Source: a virus
IMG/VR virus record: IMGVR_UViG_3300045972_000084
Location: 1-64,000 of that record
Reading direction: 5' to 3' (one strand)
DNA length: 64,000 nt
The position numbers were made by a program, and so were the translations under genes. This document shows, one piece after another, positions 55,526 through 63,151 of the stretch. Within the stretch, counting starts at the first letter, position 1; every line of letters begins with the position of its first letter. Below the pieces are notes generated by a model that was not told where the DNA came from, made no database searches, and saw nothing but the letters and a program-made list of their open reading frames with translations.

Positions 55526-55547
55526 GTTTTCTCTCCTGTTAAATTAC

Positions 55548-55576
55548 ATTATGCCATACGGCAAACAAAAGAGCAA
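55548..55576 (-). promoter_or_regulatory. Early promoter TTGCTC-N17-CATAAT (paralogue of the 50,013 promoter)
   Basis: Spacer ttttgtttgccgtatgg is almost identical to that at 50,019-35. An 8-bp inverted repeat at 55566-95 overlaps the -35. Confidence 0.5.
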
Positions 55577-55606
55577 CAGATAGTTGACTCTTTTGTGTTG
55601 GTTATT

Positions 55607-55909
55607 TCAGACTGGTCTGATTAAGCCGAGCTCGAAAAGCTGGCCAATAGTGCTGCGGTGAGCTTCATCCCATCTCTCTATGCGCTCACTCTTGGAAAGG
55701 TTCTTTCCGCTATCAATTTCAACGTGGCATTTAGGGCATATTGCAGCTACCCGGTAGGGCTTCGCCTTCAACCCCATGCCCTTACCATCCTTGCTCTGGT
55801 TTGAGTGCGATACCTGAACACCATGTTTGCCGCACAGTTGACACGGCAGCTGGGCCACTGCGGCGAACAGTTTCTTCTGATCGCTAGGGTGCATGAGCTG
55901 ATACTTCAT
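55607..55909 (-). CDS. YbcO/DUF1364-like putative nuclease
   Basis: C..CG...V..SH.......GMGLKA......A.C..CH.EID pattern. It sits next to a YbcN-like gene, as in the DLP12 nin region. Confidence 0.5.
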   Translation of the reverse strand: MKYQLMHPSDQKKLFAAVAQLPCQLCGKHGVQVSHSNQSKDGKGMGLKAKPYRVAAICPKCHVEIDSGKNLSKSERIERWDEAHRSTIGQLFELGLIRPV

Positions 55910-56376
55910 GCGTACGCCAATATCTGATCGACAATGTTTCGCAACCGTGCCTCAGACATTTCCCCGTGGTAGATGTGCTTCAAAGCCGCGCTAATGAAGT
56001 CTGAGTAGACCTGTTCGCGCTCCTCGGGAGAGCACTTCGCGAATGAAAGTGACCTGGCTTTTGGCGTTGGCTTTCCATCCCAGTCAAACACGACATCAAA
56101 GTGCCCAGCAAGAATCGTGAAGTGCTGCCTCCATGTGTCAAAGCACGGCTTTACCAGTTGCCCCTGGTACTCAACCCCGGTGTCGACGCGATCCTTGAAT
56201 TGCTCATAGCAGAGATTCAACAAACTCATCATCTTGCGGTGGAATGCACCGTTCTGCATGAGCTTAAATTCTCCGCGCACCATGGAGCCAGACTTGAATC
56301 GTTTAAGTGACTCTGCCTGCTCATCATCAACCGGTATAAGCGAACCCGTTGGAGACTTTAGAAGGATTACTTCCAT
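55906..56376 (-). CDS. YbcN/DUF1367-like protein
   Basis: 156 aa. N-terminal L.P.DDE..E.LK..K.G...R.EF...NGAFHRKMMSLLNL. Confidence 0.45.
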   Translation of the reverse strand: MEVILLKSPTGSLIPVDDEQAESLKRFKSGSMVRGEFKLMQNGAFHRKMMSLLNLCYEQFKDRVDTGVEYQGQLVKPCFDTWRQHFTILAGHFDVVFDWDGKPTPKARSLSFAKCSPEEREQVYSDFISAALKHIYHGEMSEARLRNIVDQILAYA

Positions 56377-56585
56377 TGCGCCTCCAACCGGATTCCGCGT
56401 GACGTTCCTTTGATGATACGGATCTGACCCTTACGCTCCAGGATTTTCAAACCTTCCTCTGCAGAGTTTGGGCTCCTATATCCCAGGCCCTCGGCGATCT
56501 CTTGCCTGGTAGGTGGCACATCGTTTTTCGTGATGAAGTCCTTGATGAAGTGCATCATCTTGGTTTGAACTGCTGTCAAATGCAT
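56367..56585 (-). CDS. LexA N-terminal DNA-binding domain only (72 aa; no cleavage site, no S24 domain)
   Basis: PPTRQEIAEGLGYRSPNSAEEGLKILERKGQIRIIKGTSRGIRL versus E. coli LexA [44 protein letters not shown]. Confidence 0.8.
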   Translation of the reverse strand: MHLTAVQTKMMHFIKDFITKNDVPPTRQEIAEGLGYRSPNSAEEGLKILERKGQIRIIKGTSRGIRLEAQWK

Positions 56586-56587
56586 GC

Positions 56588-57583
56588 TTAGTCTCGCTCT
56601 TTGTAAAGGAGGTTGATGGTCTTAAACGAAAGTGTGTGGTCCAGTGAGCGGAACACTAGGCCCTCGCCGTGGCGGCCGTTGGGGTAGGTGATCTCAGCCA
56701 TCCGACGAAGCTGGTCCGCATCCAAGTAGCAGCCCGGCTCAATCGTGAACTGGGCATGCGCAATGGGTACGCCGGTTGCAATGCAGGCGTCAATCAGATC
56801 CTGGTCGCTGCGGCGGCAATGGTTCACAAAGTCGTACAGCGTGAAGGCGCGTCCCTCAACATCCGCCAGTCCCAATGGGTTACCTTGGATGCTTGGACCT
56901 ATCACCTCGAACTGCAGTGCACAGCCTTCAGGCAGTTTGCTTAGGTCGTACTTGCGTGCCGTCTTCCAGTAGGCATTCGTTCCACCAGTAGGGATGAACT
57001 CTTCGAGCTCCAGGTTTCTACTGGCCACACGAAGTGCACCCGTGGTAATGTCGTTCCACGCGGTGCAGCTTGATCCGTCGTACTTAATGCGCGCCACCAT
57101 GGCGAGGTTGGCGATCTTGTCTTCCAAGTCGTCAACGGTCTGAAAGTTGGGCTCATCGGTCTTTGGAATGAAGCTAGGGAAGTTTCCTTTGGCCACGCCT
57201 TGCATGGATGCCGGAATGGGCTTGGTGAACTTTGTCACCCCAAGCTTCTCGGAGAAGTCAGTCCCTATGGGCGCATCGAATTGAAGCTCATCAACTGGGT
57301 CGGTTGGGATGTTGATGATCACGCATTCCGAAGGTACGCCTTTAAAGCGGGCCATGCGAACACGCCACTTGTGCTTTTCCATGAATGCCCAGCGTGGGTC
57401 AGGCGGGAGCACGGCATCCTGCAGAAATACTAAAACCCTTGAAGCAGGTAGGACATCAAGCCCAACTACTCCAGACCACTTGCCTGCAGATCCGCACACC
57501 ACTGTTGCCTGACGAATAAAGTCAGCTCCTGGGATGTTGTGAATTGCTACTACCATTCCGATTACTACTAACGCCTGTGTCAT
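56588..57583 (-). CDS. ATP-dependent RNA ligase, DRB0094/Rnl5-like (N-terminal OB plus nucleotidyltransferase)
   Basis: KYDGSS motif I (KxDG). The N-terminal ...IHNIPGADFIRQATV.G...W.VV... is OB-like. Length is about 330 aa. Confidence 0.65.
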   Translation of the reverse strand: MTQALVVIGMVVAIHNIPGADFIRQATVVCGSAGKWSGVVGLDVLPASRVLVFLQDAVLPPDPRWAFMEKHKWRVRMARFKGVPSECVIINIPTDPVDELQFDAPIGTDFSEKLGVTKFTKPIPASMQGVAKGNFPSFIPKTDEPNFQTVDDLEDKIANLAMVARIKYDGSSCTAWNDITTGALRVASRNLELEEFIPTGGTNAYWKTARKYDLSKLPEGCALQFEVIGPSIQGNPLGLADVEGRAFTLYDFVNHCRRSDQDLIDACIATGVPIAHAQFTIEPGCYLDADQLRRMAEITYPNGRHGEGLVFRSLDHTLSFKTINLLYKERD

Positions 57584-57721
57584 CTTTTTTCCTCTTTAGT
57601 TCAAGCCACGGAAGCTGCTCCGTGTATGTGTTGAAAGCCCTATCTGCATAAGCCGGGTCAAAGGTGTAGATCCATCGGCAATGGGATAGGACAAGTTGTT
57701 TCAGAGCCTTGTCTCGTTCTG

Positions 57722-57904
57722 TTAAACCGTTGTGTTCTTCAGCGCGAATACACCCCTCCTTGTCCGACGGAGAAAACCGTCATTTGCCATTTCCGTTAGG
57801 AGTTGCTGTAACTTCCGGTAGGACTTCCATCCGGTGATCTCCAAGACCTCATTGATACTCAAAGGGCCGTGCTCCAGGAGCATGTAAAGGGATCGCCGGT
57901 TCAT
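57722..57904 (-). CDS. Winged-helix protein (60 aa)
   Basis: TGATG coupling. LSINEVLEITGWKSYRKLQQLLTEMANDGFLRR. Confidence 0.45.
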   Translation of the reverse strand: MNRRSLYMLLEHGPLSINEVLEITGWKSYRKLQQLLTEMANDGFLRRTRRGVFALKNTTV

Positions 57905-58287
57905 CAGTACGGCTCCTTGTTTTCGTTGTGGCGCACCCAAAACTCTTTGCAGTCAGCTCGGAACTCCCAATCTCCACGCTCTGTGTTGGCAGGGTGATCA
58001 AATCCAAATCCCTCATCCCATTGGCGATCAATCCCAAACTGGCGTTCAGTTGCCAAGGTGCATGCGGGGCAGTTGTGGCATGCTTCACGCAGCGCCTTAA
58101 AACCCTTTGCATAGGCGGCCTGCAGTTCAGGCATCGAGAGTTGAACCTCACCCATCAGGGCGCACATACTGCACTCCCGATCAGGTCGCAACGTGCAACC
58201 CTTTTCATGCTTCACCATGGAAGGCTTGGTTCCGGTAGACTTTTTGCAGTGGTCGCAGTAGTACCGGTTTTTCAAAATAATCTTCAT
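57904..58287 (-). CDS. Cys-rich zinc-finger protein (127 aa)
   Basis: YYCDHCKK...HEKGC, CSMC and CHNCPAC motifs. Confidence 0.5.
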   Translation of the reverse strand: MKIILKNRYYCDHCKKSTGTKPSMVKHEKGCTLRPDRECSMCALMGEVQLSMPELQAAYAKGFKALREACHNCPACTLATERQFGIDRQWDEGFGFDHPANTERGDWEFRADCKEFWVRHNENKEPY

Positions 58288-59219
58288 GCTCGCATCCTTT
58301 GTTTCGCAAGGTGTTCAAGATTTGTAAGGGTGAGTGGAGGGGCTTGCCTCTGACTACGGACCCGGGCCTTGTAGGCCAGGAATTGCTCATCCAGCTCAAC
58401 CCATGGTCCAAAGCCATTGGCAATACCCTCAGCCTCGATAGAGGCTCTGGAGTCAGGGTCTGCAGTTGCCGCGCTTTCTGGCGGAGGTGCGACCCCAAAC
58501 GATCCACGGACCCGGAGCTTGGCCCAGTCCTCACGGACAGCCTCCATGAACGCCGAGTCCCAGTCGACGTACTGGTAGCCCTTGGCCTTGGCCTTGGCTT
58601 TGAACGCCTCCAGGTGTTGGTTGAGCTGGCCAAAGCCCTTCTCCCTGGACCAGTCCACAACCCGTTGGCTAATGCCAAAGTCGACTGGGATGTCTGACTT
58701 CGGTGGCTTCCTCTTTGGCTTATCCACAGTGGGCGTAGGCAACGCAGTTGCCGATGGCGCGGAAGCGCTGCACTCAGGAAGGGGGAAGGGGGAAGAGGGA
58801 TTCAGGAAGAGGGATTCAGCCGGAGCGGTTCCGTTTTTATCCAGAACTTTCTCGATATTCTCTAACTTGTTGATTTCATTAGAGTTTTCTGGAGGTGCTG
58901 GGATTTCACTTCCGGAGTCTCGCTCGTTCTTGTGAGGGTTCTGGTGCTTGTCAAAATTGAGGATGCTGATGTACCGTTGACCTGATACGGAATAGATCAA
59001 GATAAATCCAGAGTCCTCCAGATTTTTCGCGAGGACTTCGATATCGCAGTTGTCGTACGGCAGAAGTTGAACTTTGATTCGTTTTGGGCGGAACTCAAAG
59101 CAACCCTTGAAGTCGGCAATAGTCCACATGCCAATGAATAGGAGCCTGGCTATTGGCTCAAGCTCACCAAGCTTATCGTTGGAGAAAAAGCTGGGCTTTA
59201 TATTCCTCGCTCTTGCCAT
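58284..59219 (-). CDS. Putative replication initiation/organiser protein (311 aa)
   Basis: It is the second gene of the leftward operon, after the Cro-like gene. The N-terminal IKPSFFSNDKLGEL.P.ARLLFIGMWTIADF.G pattern is seen in phage replication proteins (recollection). Confidence 0.4.
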   Translation of the reverse strand: MARARNIKPSFFSNDKLGELEPIARLLFIGMWTIADFKGCFEFRPKRIKVQLLPYDNCDIEVLAKNLEDSGFILIYSVSGQRYISILNFDKHQNPHKNERDSGSEIPAPPENSNEINKLENIEKVLDKNGTAPAESLFLNPSSPFPLPECSASAPSATALPTPTVDKPKRKPPKSDIPVDFGISQRVVDWSREKGFGQLNQHLEAFKAKAKAKGYQYVDWDSAFMEAVREDWAKLRVRGSFGVAPPPESAATADPDSRASIEAEGIANGFGPWVELDEQFLAYKARVRSQRQAPPLTLTNLEHLAKQRMRA

Positions 59220-59310
59220 TTATTTTGTCCTACTGGTTAAAATTACAGGTTGCATATCTATACTTGTTTGCTAGACTGCAAATCTAATGTTGAGAAATTT
59301 GTTAAATCCG

Positions 59311-59523
59311 CTACCTAGTTGTCAAGCTGAGTCGCCAGCGAAGAAGTTCTTCGTGCGTGAACTTTCCACTGGAAAGCTCAACGATCACGGGAATCCATTT
59401 CGCTGGGAGAGCGCGTCTTTCGTGCTTCACATTGCTGACATTTGTCGCATTGATGCCCAGCTTTTTTCTCAACTGGGTGGCCTGCCCAGGATTCTTATCC
59501 AGCCATTTTCGGAATTTCTGCAT
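59311..59523 (-). CDS. Cro-like HTH regulator (70 aa), leaderless
   Basis: Divergent from cI. QATQLRKKLGINATNVSNVKH is an HTH. The ATG lies 6 nt after the -10 box. Confidence 0.65.
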   Translation of the reverse strand: MQKFRKWLDKNPGQATQLRKKLGINATNVSNVKHERRALPAKWIPVIVELSSGKFTHEELLRWRLSLTTR

Positions 59524-59525
59524 GC

Positions 59526-59538
59526 CAGCATTATGCTG
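59526..59538. promoter_or_regulatory. Operator candidate: perfect palindrome CAGCAT-T-ATGCTG overlapping the Cro -10 box
   Basis: Seen directly in the sequence. Centred on the CATAAT. Confidence 0.55.
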
Positions 59539-59558
59539 AACAGCAAACGAATGGTCAA
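59530..59558 (-). promoter_or_regulatory. PR-like promoter TTGACC-N17-CATAAT
   Basis: Minus strand: TTGACC attcgtttgctgttcag CATAAT gctggc ATG. Confidence 0.65.
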
Positions 59559-59591
59559 GAGTCCTGCAAATTATTACAAAAGGAGGTAAAT

Positions 59592-60281
59592 ATGGCTGAA
59601 AAAGATGAGCTAACACCAATTCGCAGATCAAACCTGGCTCTATGGATGGAGGAGGGTGGGGTCACCAGGACATCCTTGGCTGATCGCCTTGGTGTTGGCC
59701 GTGCCTATACGTCACTTCTATTTAATGAGACGCGCTACTTTGGATCAAAGGCGGCAAGGTCTATTGAGAAGAAGCTTTACATGCCTACTGGATTCTTGGA
59801 TGCAGCACCAGGGACTGTGCCTTTGTCTGTATCTGAGTGGTCTACACCCGCAGATTTGCCATCGAATGTTTTTGCACTGGTGCCAAGGATTGCCGTCCAG
59901 GTTGCGGCCGGAAGCGGCGCGATTGTGGATGTCGAAGAGCATCTTCCTCCCCTTGCTTTTAGAAAGCATTGGCTTGATAAGAAACAGATTACGAGCAGGG
60001 ATAACCTGCGCATCGTGACCGTGAAGGGAGACTCGATGAGCCCCTACCTCATGGATCACGATGTTGCAATGATTGACACCGGCCAAGTCGACCAGATCCA
60101 AGACAATCACATTTATGCGATAGAGCACTCAGGCGATGTTCGGATTAAGAGACTGTCAAAAAGATTCGATGGGGGTGTGTTGATCAGGTCTGATGCACCG
60201 GGCTACCCGGAAGAATCACTCTCAGCCAAGGACGCTAAGTCGCTTCGCGTTATTGGGAAGCTGGTATGGCGTGCTGGATAG
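59592..60281 (+). CDS. cI: CI-type repressor (HTH plus S24 LexA-like autopeptidase)
   Basis: N-terminal HTH (TRTSLADRLGVGRAYTSLLFN), an Ala-Gly site (QVAAGSGA), GDSMSP (Ser) and IKRL (Lys). AAGGAGG RBS. Confidence 0.9.
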   Translation: MAEKDELTPIRRSNLALWMEEGGVTRTSLADRLGVGRAYTSLLFNETRYFGSKAARSIEKKLYMPTGFLDAAPGTVPLSVSEWSTPADLPSNVFALVPRIAVQVAAGSGAIVDVEEHLPPLAFRKHWLDKKQITSRDNLRIVTVKGDSMSPYLMDHDVAMIDTGQVDQIQDNHIYAIEHSGDVRIKRLSKRFDGGVLIRSDAPGYPEESLSAKDAKSLRVIGKLVWRAG

Positions 60282-60453
60282 GATAGATCAAGGCTTCGAG
60301 ATGGCGCATGACCCGCAGTGGCGCACCTTTTGATTCGTACCGTGTGTATGTTCGGAGTGATACCCCGAGCTTTTGCGCCATAGCTTCTTGAGAGAGTCGG
60401 AAGTCGCAGCAACGTGCAAGACGGAGTTGCTGGATGCTTTGTTCATTTGTCAT
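60250..60453 (-). CDS. XRE-family HTH protein (67 aa)
   Basis: LSQEAMAQKLGVSLRTYTRYESK. The 3' end overlaps the cI 3' end by 32 nt. Confidence 0.6.
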   Translation of the reverse strand: MTNEQSIQQLRLARCCDFRLSQEAMAQKLGVSLRTYTRYESKGAPLRVMRHLEALIYPIQHAIPASQ

Positions 60454-60715
60454 GATGTCGATTCCTTTCGGTGAGAGTCGCATGCAGGTAGCATTTCCAC
60501 AGCGTCTCGATGTGTGATCCTGGGTATTTGTATCCAGGCTTTGGCGTGACGAGCACGCGAGGTTGGTAGCCCATGGTCTGAAGAAAGACATGGAACGATT
60601 CGCGGATAGGGAGGTCTCGCTCCAGTGTTGTAGTCTCGATGCGAACCCGCTCCTCAAAGTCTTCCTTGCGTAGGATGGCTTCTCGGATCTTGTCTTCTTC
60701 AGATGGGTGTGTCAT
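60443..60715 (-). CDS. Hypothetical protein (90 aa)
   Basis: ATGA-coupled to the deacetylase gene. It overlaps the HTH gene start by 11 nt. Confidence 0.5.
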   Translation of the reverse strand: MTHPSEEDKIREAILRKEDFEERVRIETTTLERDLPIRESFHVFLQTMGYQPRVLVTPKPGYKYPGSHIETLWKCYLHATLTERNRHHDK

Positions 60716-61608
60716 GTTGTTTCCAGTAGGTGTTGCCGATGCTGAATGCTACCCCTGGCAGCGCGCAAAGTGTTGAGGTGCACCCTGAGTACCGGATCGG
60801 TCTCAATCGTGCCTCCTGGGTTAGCCTGGTAGCCTCCGGCGATGCAAAATGAAGTTGGTGCATTGATGTTGTCAAAGACCATCTTGTCGCGTTGCGATAA
60901 CTGCTTGTCGTCTAGGAATCCTCCAAGCGGGTCATTAATGTGAGGATCGGCACCCAGCTGCGCAATTACAACGTCTGGTCGAAATGCATTTATTTCGTCA
61001 ATCGATTCCTTTAGCCAGGCTTGAAACTCAAGTGCCTCCTGCCTTGGGTTGTCACCGTAAAAGTATTTGCCTTGTGTTAAATGCAAGACACTGTTTGACA
61101 GCTCCGGCTTGTGCTGCAATATATTTTCAGTTCCATTGCCTTCATGCATGTCGAGATCGAGAATTGCACACTTGAAGTCAGGGTTTTCTTGCAGCAATTT
61201 TGCAGCCACAACCATCAGCCCATTGAATGTACAAAAGCCACCGGAGCCGATGCTGTAGCCGCTATGGTGGAAGCCGCTTGTGGGGCTTAGGACTGGAGTT
61301 GTCGGGCTCTCTATTGCGCACCTTGTTGCTCCAAGTAGGCTACCAATGGTCCATAAACAAGACTCCGGAATGCGTGGGTCGCAATTCTCAAATCCGTTCG
61401 GGTCCATGAGTGCAAAGATACGATCCACATGATCTTTGCGATGCACAAGGTACAAGTCTTCTTTTGTTACTGGTGTTACTTGGCGCACGTCTGAAAATCC
61501 GTGGCGAGACGCGAGCCAAACCAATCGCTCTGGCTTTGATGCACTTGGTGAGTAACTATCTATCCCGGAAACCGACTGACGTTTGTCGTAAAAAATTGGT
61601 ATGTTCAT
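60712..61608 (-). CDS. HDAC/acetoin-utilisation/acetylpolyamine-amidohydrolase superfamily Zn-deacetylase (298 aa)
   Basis: SGFHHSGY, ILDLDMHEGNGTE, GADPHINDPLGG and IAGGY: the full catalytic signature. The start at 61608 avoids overlap with the upstream gene. Confidence 0.8.
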   Translation of the reverse strand: MNIPIFYDKRQSVSGIDSYSPSASKPERLVWLASRHGFSDVRQVTPVTKEDLYLVHRKDHVDRIFALMDPNGFENCDPRIPESCLWTIGSLLGATRCAIESPTTPVLSPTSGFHHSGYSIGSGGFCTFNGLMVVAAKLLQENPDFKCAILDLDMHEGNGTENILQHKPELSNSVLHLTQGKYFYGDNPRQEALEFQAWLKESIDEINAFRPDVVIAQLGADPHINDPLGGFLDDKQLSQRDKMVFDNINAPTSFCIAGGYQANPGGTIETDPVLRVHLNTLRAARGSIQHRQHLLETT

Positions 61609-61609
61609 T

Positions 61610-62242
61610 TCATGCTGCCTTTTTGAAAATTCCATTTGATGCAATCTCTATATCTTTATAGAAGACGTTCCTTTTGCTGATGTATTGATAATCCAGCCCA
61701 GCTAAGTCACATGCATCGCCAAGCGAAATTACTTCGTTTTTGTAAAAGACCATAGTGGTCGTTGATCTGTTTCTTGCTTGTGATTTGCTTGTAGCCCATC
61801 GACAATTTTCAGGCCCATAAGGCTTGCTGTTGTCTATCCTGTCCAAGCTAAATTGAAGACCAGGTCTATTTCCCATGTCTGCAAGAAATATCAAGTAGTT
61901 TCTCCATTCCAATGGAGGAGTTCGATCCTTGTATTCGTTGTATCTTGGGTAGTTCTTATTGGTGCATCTATTCCACATTGATTTCCATGAGCTGTATGTT
62001 ATGGAGTCAACATCGCCATGTTTTAGAAAGGTTGAAGATGTAATTTTTTTATGCAAGCATCCGCAGCTTTTAGTGTGACCACTTAATAAAGAATACTGCC
62101 GTACTGATGTCAACTCACCGCAATCACAAACGCATTCCCATATTGGAACTCTGCTCTTGTTTTTTCCTTTGTATTCTGTGACGATAAGATTTCCAAATCT
62201 AGTTCCAATCAACTCCATCTTTGCATCAATTGCTTTTGGCAT
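61610..62242 (-). CDS. Phage Zn-finger / degenerate HNH(AP2)-like DNA-binding protein (210 aa)
   Basis: GTRFGNLIV...WECVCDCG....L.SGHTKSCGC; YSSWKSMWNRC; SLDRIDNSKPYGPENCRWAT. Confidence 0.55.
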   Translation of the reverse strand: MPKAIDAKMELIGTRFGNLIVTEYKGKNKSRVPIWECVCDCGELTSVRQYSLLSGHTKSCGCLHKKITSSTFLKHGDVDSITYSSWKSMWNRCTNKNYPRYNEYKDRTPPLEWRNYLIFLADMGNRPGLQFSLDRIDNSKPYGPENCRWATSKSQARNRSTTTMVFYKNEVISLGDACDLAGLDYQYISKRNVFYKDIEIASNGIFKKAA

Positions 62243-62409
62243 TAGATTTCTCCTTCGTAAAGAAGATCCTCGGCCGTCTCATCGATATGCTCAGCGATGT
62301 TGAGTGCAGTAGCCAGCAGCATGTTGTCAGGCTGCTGGCGCATTAGGCGTTTGAGGATTACTTGAATGTGGTGTGCATCCACCACGATGTTTGAGAGTTG
62401 TTCACTCAT
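62242..62409 (-). CDS. 55-aa ORF (not in track)
   Basis: AAGGAG-N6-ATG at 62409. TAATG coupling to the next gene. Confidence 0.45.
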   Translation of the reverse strand: MSEQLSNIVVDAHHIQVILKRLMRQQPDNMLLATALNIAEHIDETAEDLLYEGEI

Positions 62410-62547
62410 GTCATGCTCCTTATCGAGACTTCAATCCACCATCTGTTTTGAATCAGAGTGGTGGGCAGGATGTTCAAAACCAGAGATAAGTCTGGCGGCT
62501 GACGTTACCGCTCAACCCATCCTGCCCGTAATCGAAATTAAGGACAT

Positions 62548-62576
62548 GACAAAACCGCACTGACGGGGCGGTTTCT
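62548..62576 (-). terminator. Rho-independent terminator
   Basis: AAACCGC / GCGGTTT stem with UUUUGU on the minus strand. Confidence 0.65.
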
Positions 62577-62650
62577 CCGCTTATCTCAAGGTGTTTTGAA
62601 GCACCATCCATTTCTGGACAGCTCGAATATACGCCTGCAAAATTCTTGTG

Positions 62651-62845
62651 TCAAGATTTCCCCTGTATGTATTTTGTGAGCCGACCAATGCGGTCGGTGT
62701 TGTATGCGCAGATCGCTATCGAATAGTCTTTTGCAGACTGTGCGTCCAAAAGACTGCGCCTGGCTTCTTCGAGCTCTCGAATTGCCATCTCTTCTGGAGA
62801 GGGTTTGCGAAATGGGCTGAGGAACTGCTGCAGAAATTCTTTCAT
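62651..62845 (-). CDS. Hypothetical small protein (64 aa)
   Basis: Coupled ORF followed by a terminator. Confidence 0.5.
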   Translation of the reverse strand: MKEFLQQFLSPFRKPSPEEMAIRELEEARRSLLDAQSAKDYSIAICAYNTDRIGRLTKYIQGKS

Positions 62846-63075
62846 TTACCTTCCTTTATGATTGCGTCGTAGATCTCACGGCCAAGCTGTTCGAGACCCC
62901 ACTGGGTGCAGGTTGTAGAGAGCAGTGTGCGCAGCTCTTGCGGGTTCTTCGCAGAGTCCAGACGGGACTCGATCTTCAGCAGGAACTCGCCGTGGGTAGC
63001 ATCCACTTTCTTTACTGTGGCGAGCACCTCGTACCCACCTGTCTTGATGATGGTCTGTGTCATCCGATCCTCCAT
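62842..63075 (-). CDS. Hypothetical small protein (77 aa)
   Basis: Coupled ORF. Confidence 0.5.
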   Translation of the reverse strand: MEDRMTQTIIKTGGYEVLATVKKVDATHGEFLLKIESRLDSAKNPQELRTLLSTTCTQWGLEQLGREIYDAIIKEGK

Positions 63076-63151
63076 TTAAAAATATCAAGCGCAAAAATAA
63101 CAACGGCCACAAGATATGCGGCCGCGAGAATGAGGTTTAGTTTTCGGTGGT

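Noticed and set aside
62366-62563. 65-aa + strand ORF in the deacetylase-operon leader
   Set aside because: It is Cys/Ser-rich, has no RBS and lies across a region better explained by minus-strand RNA structure and a terminator.
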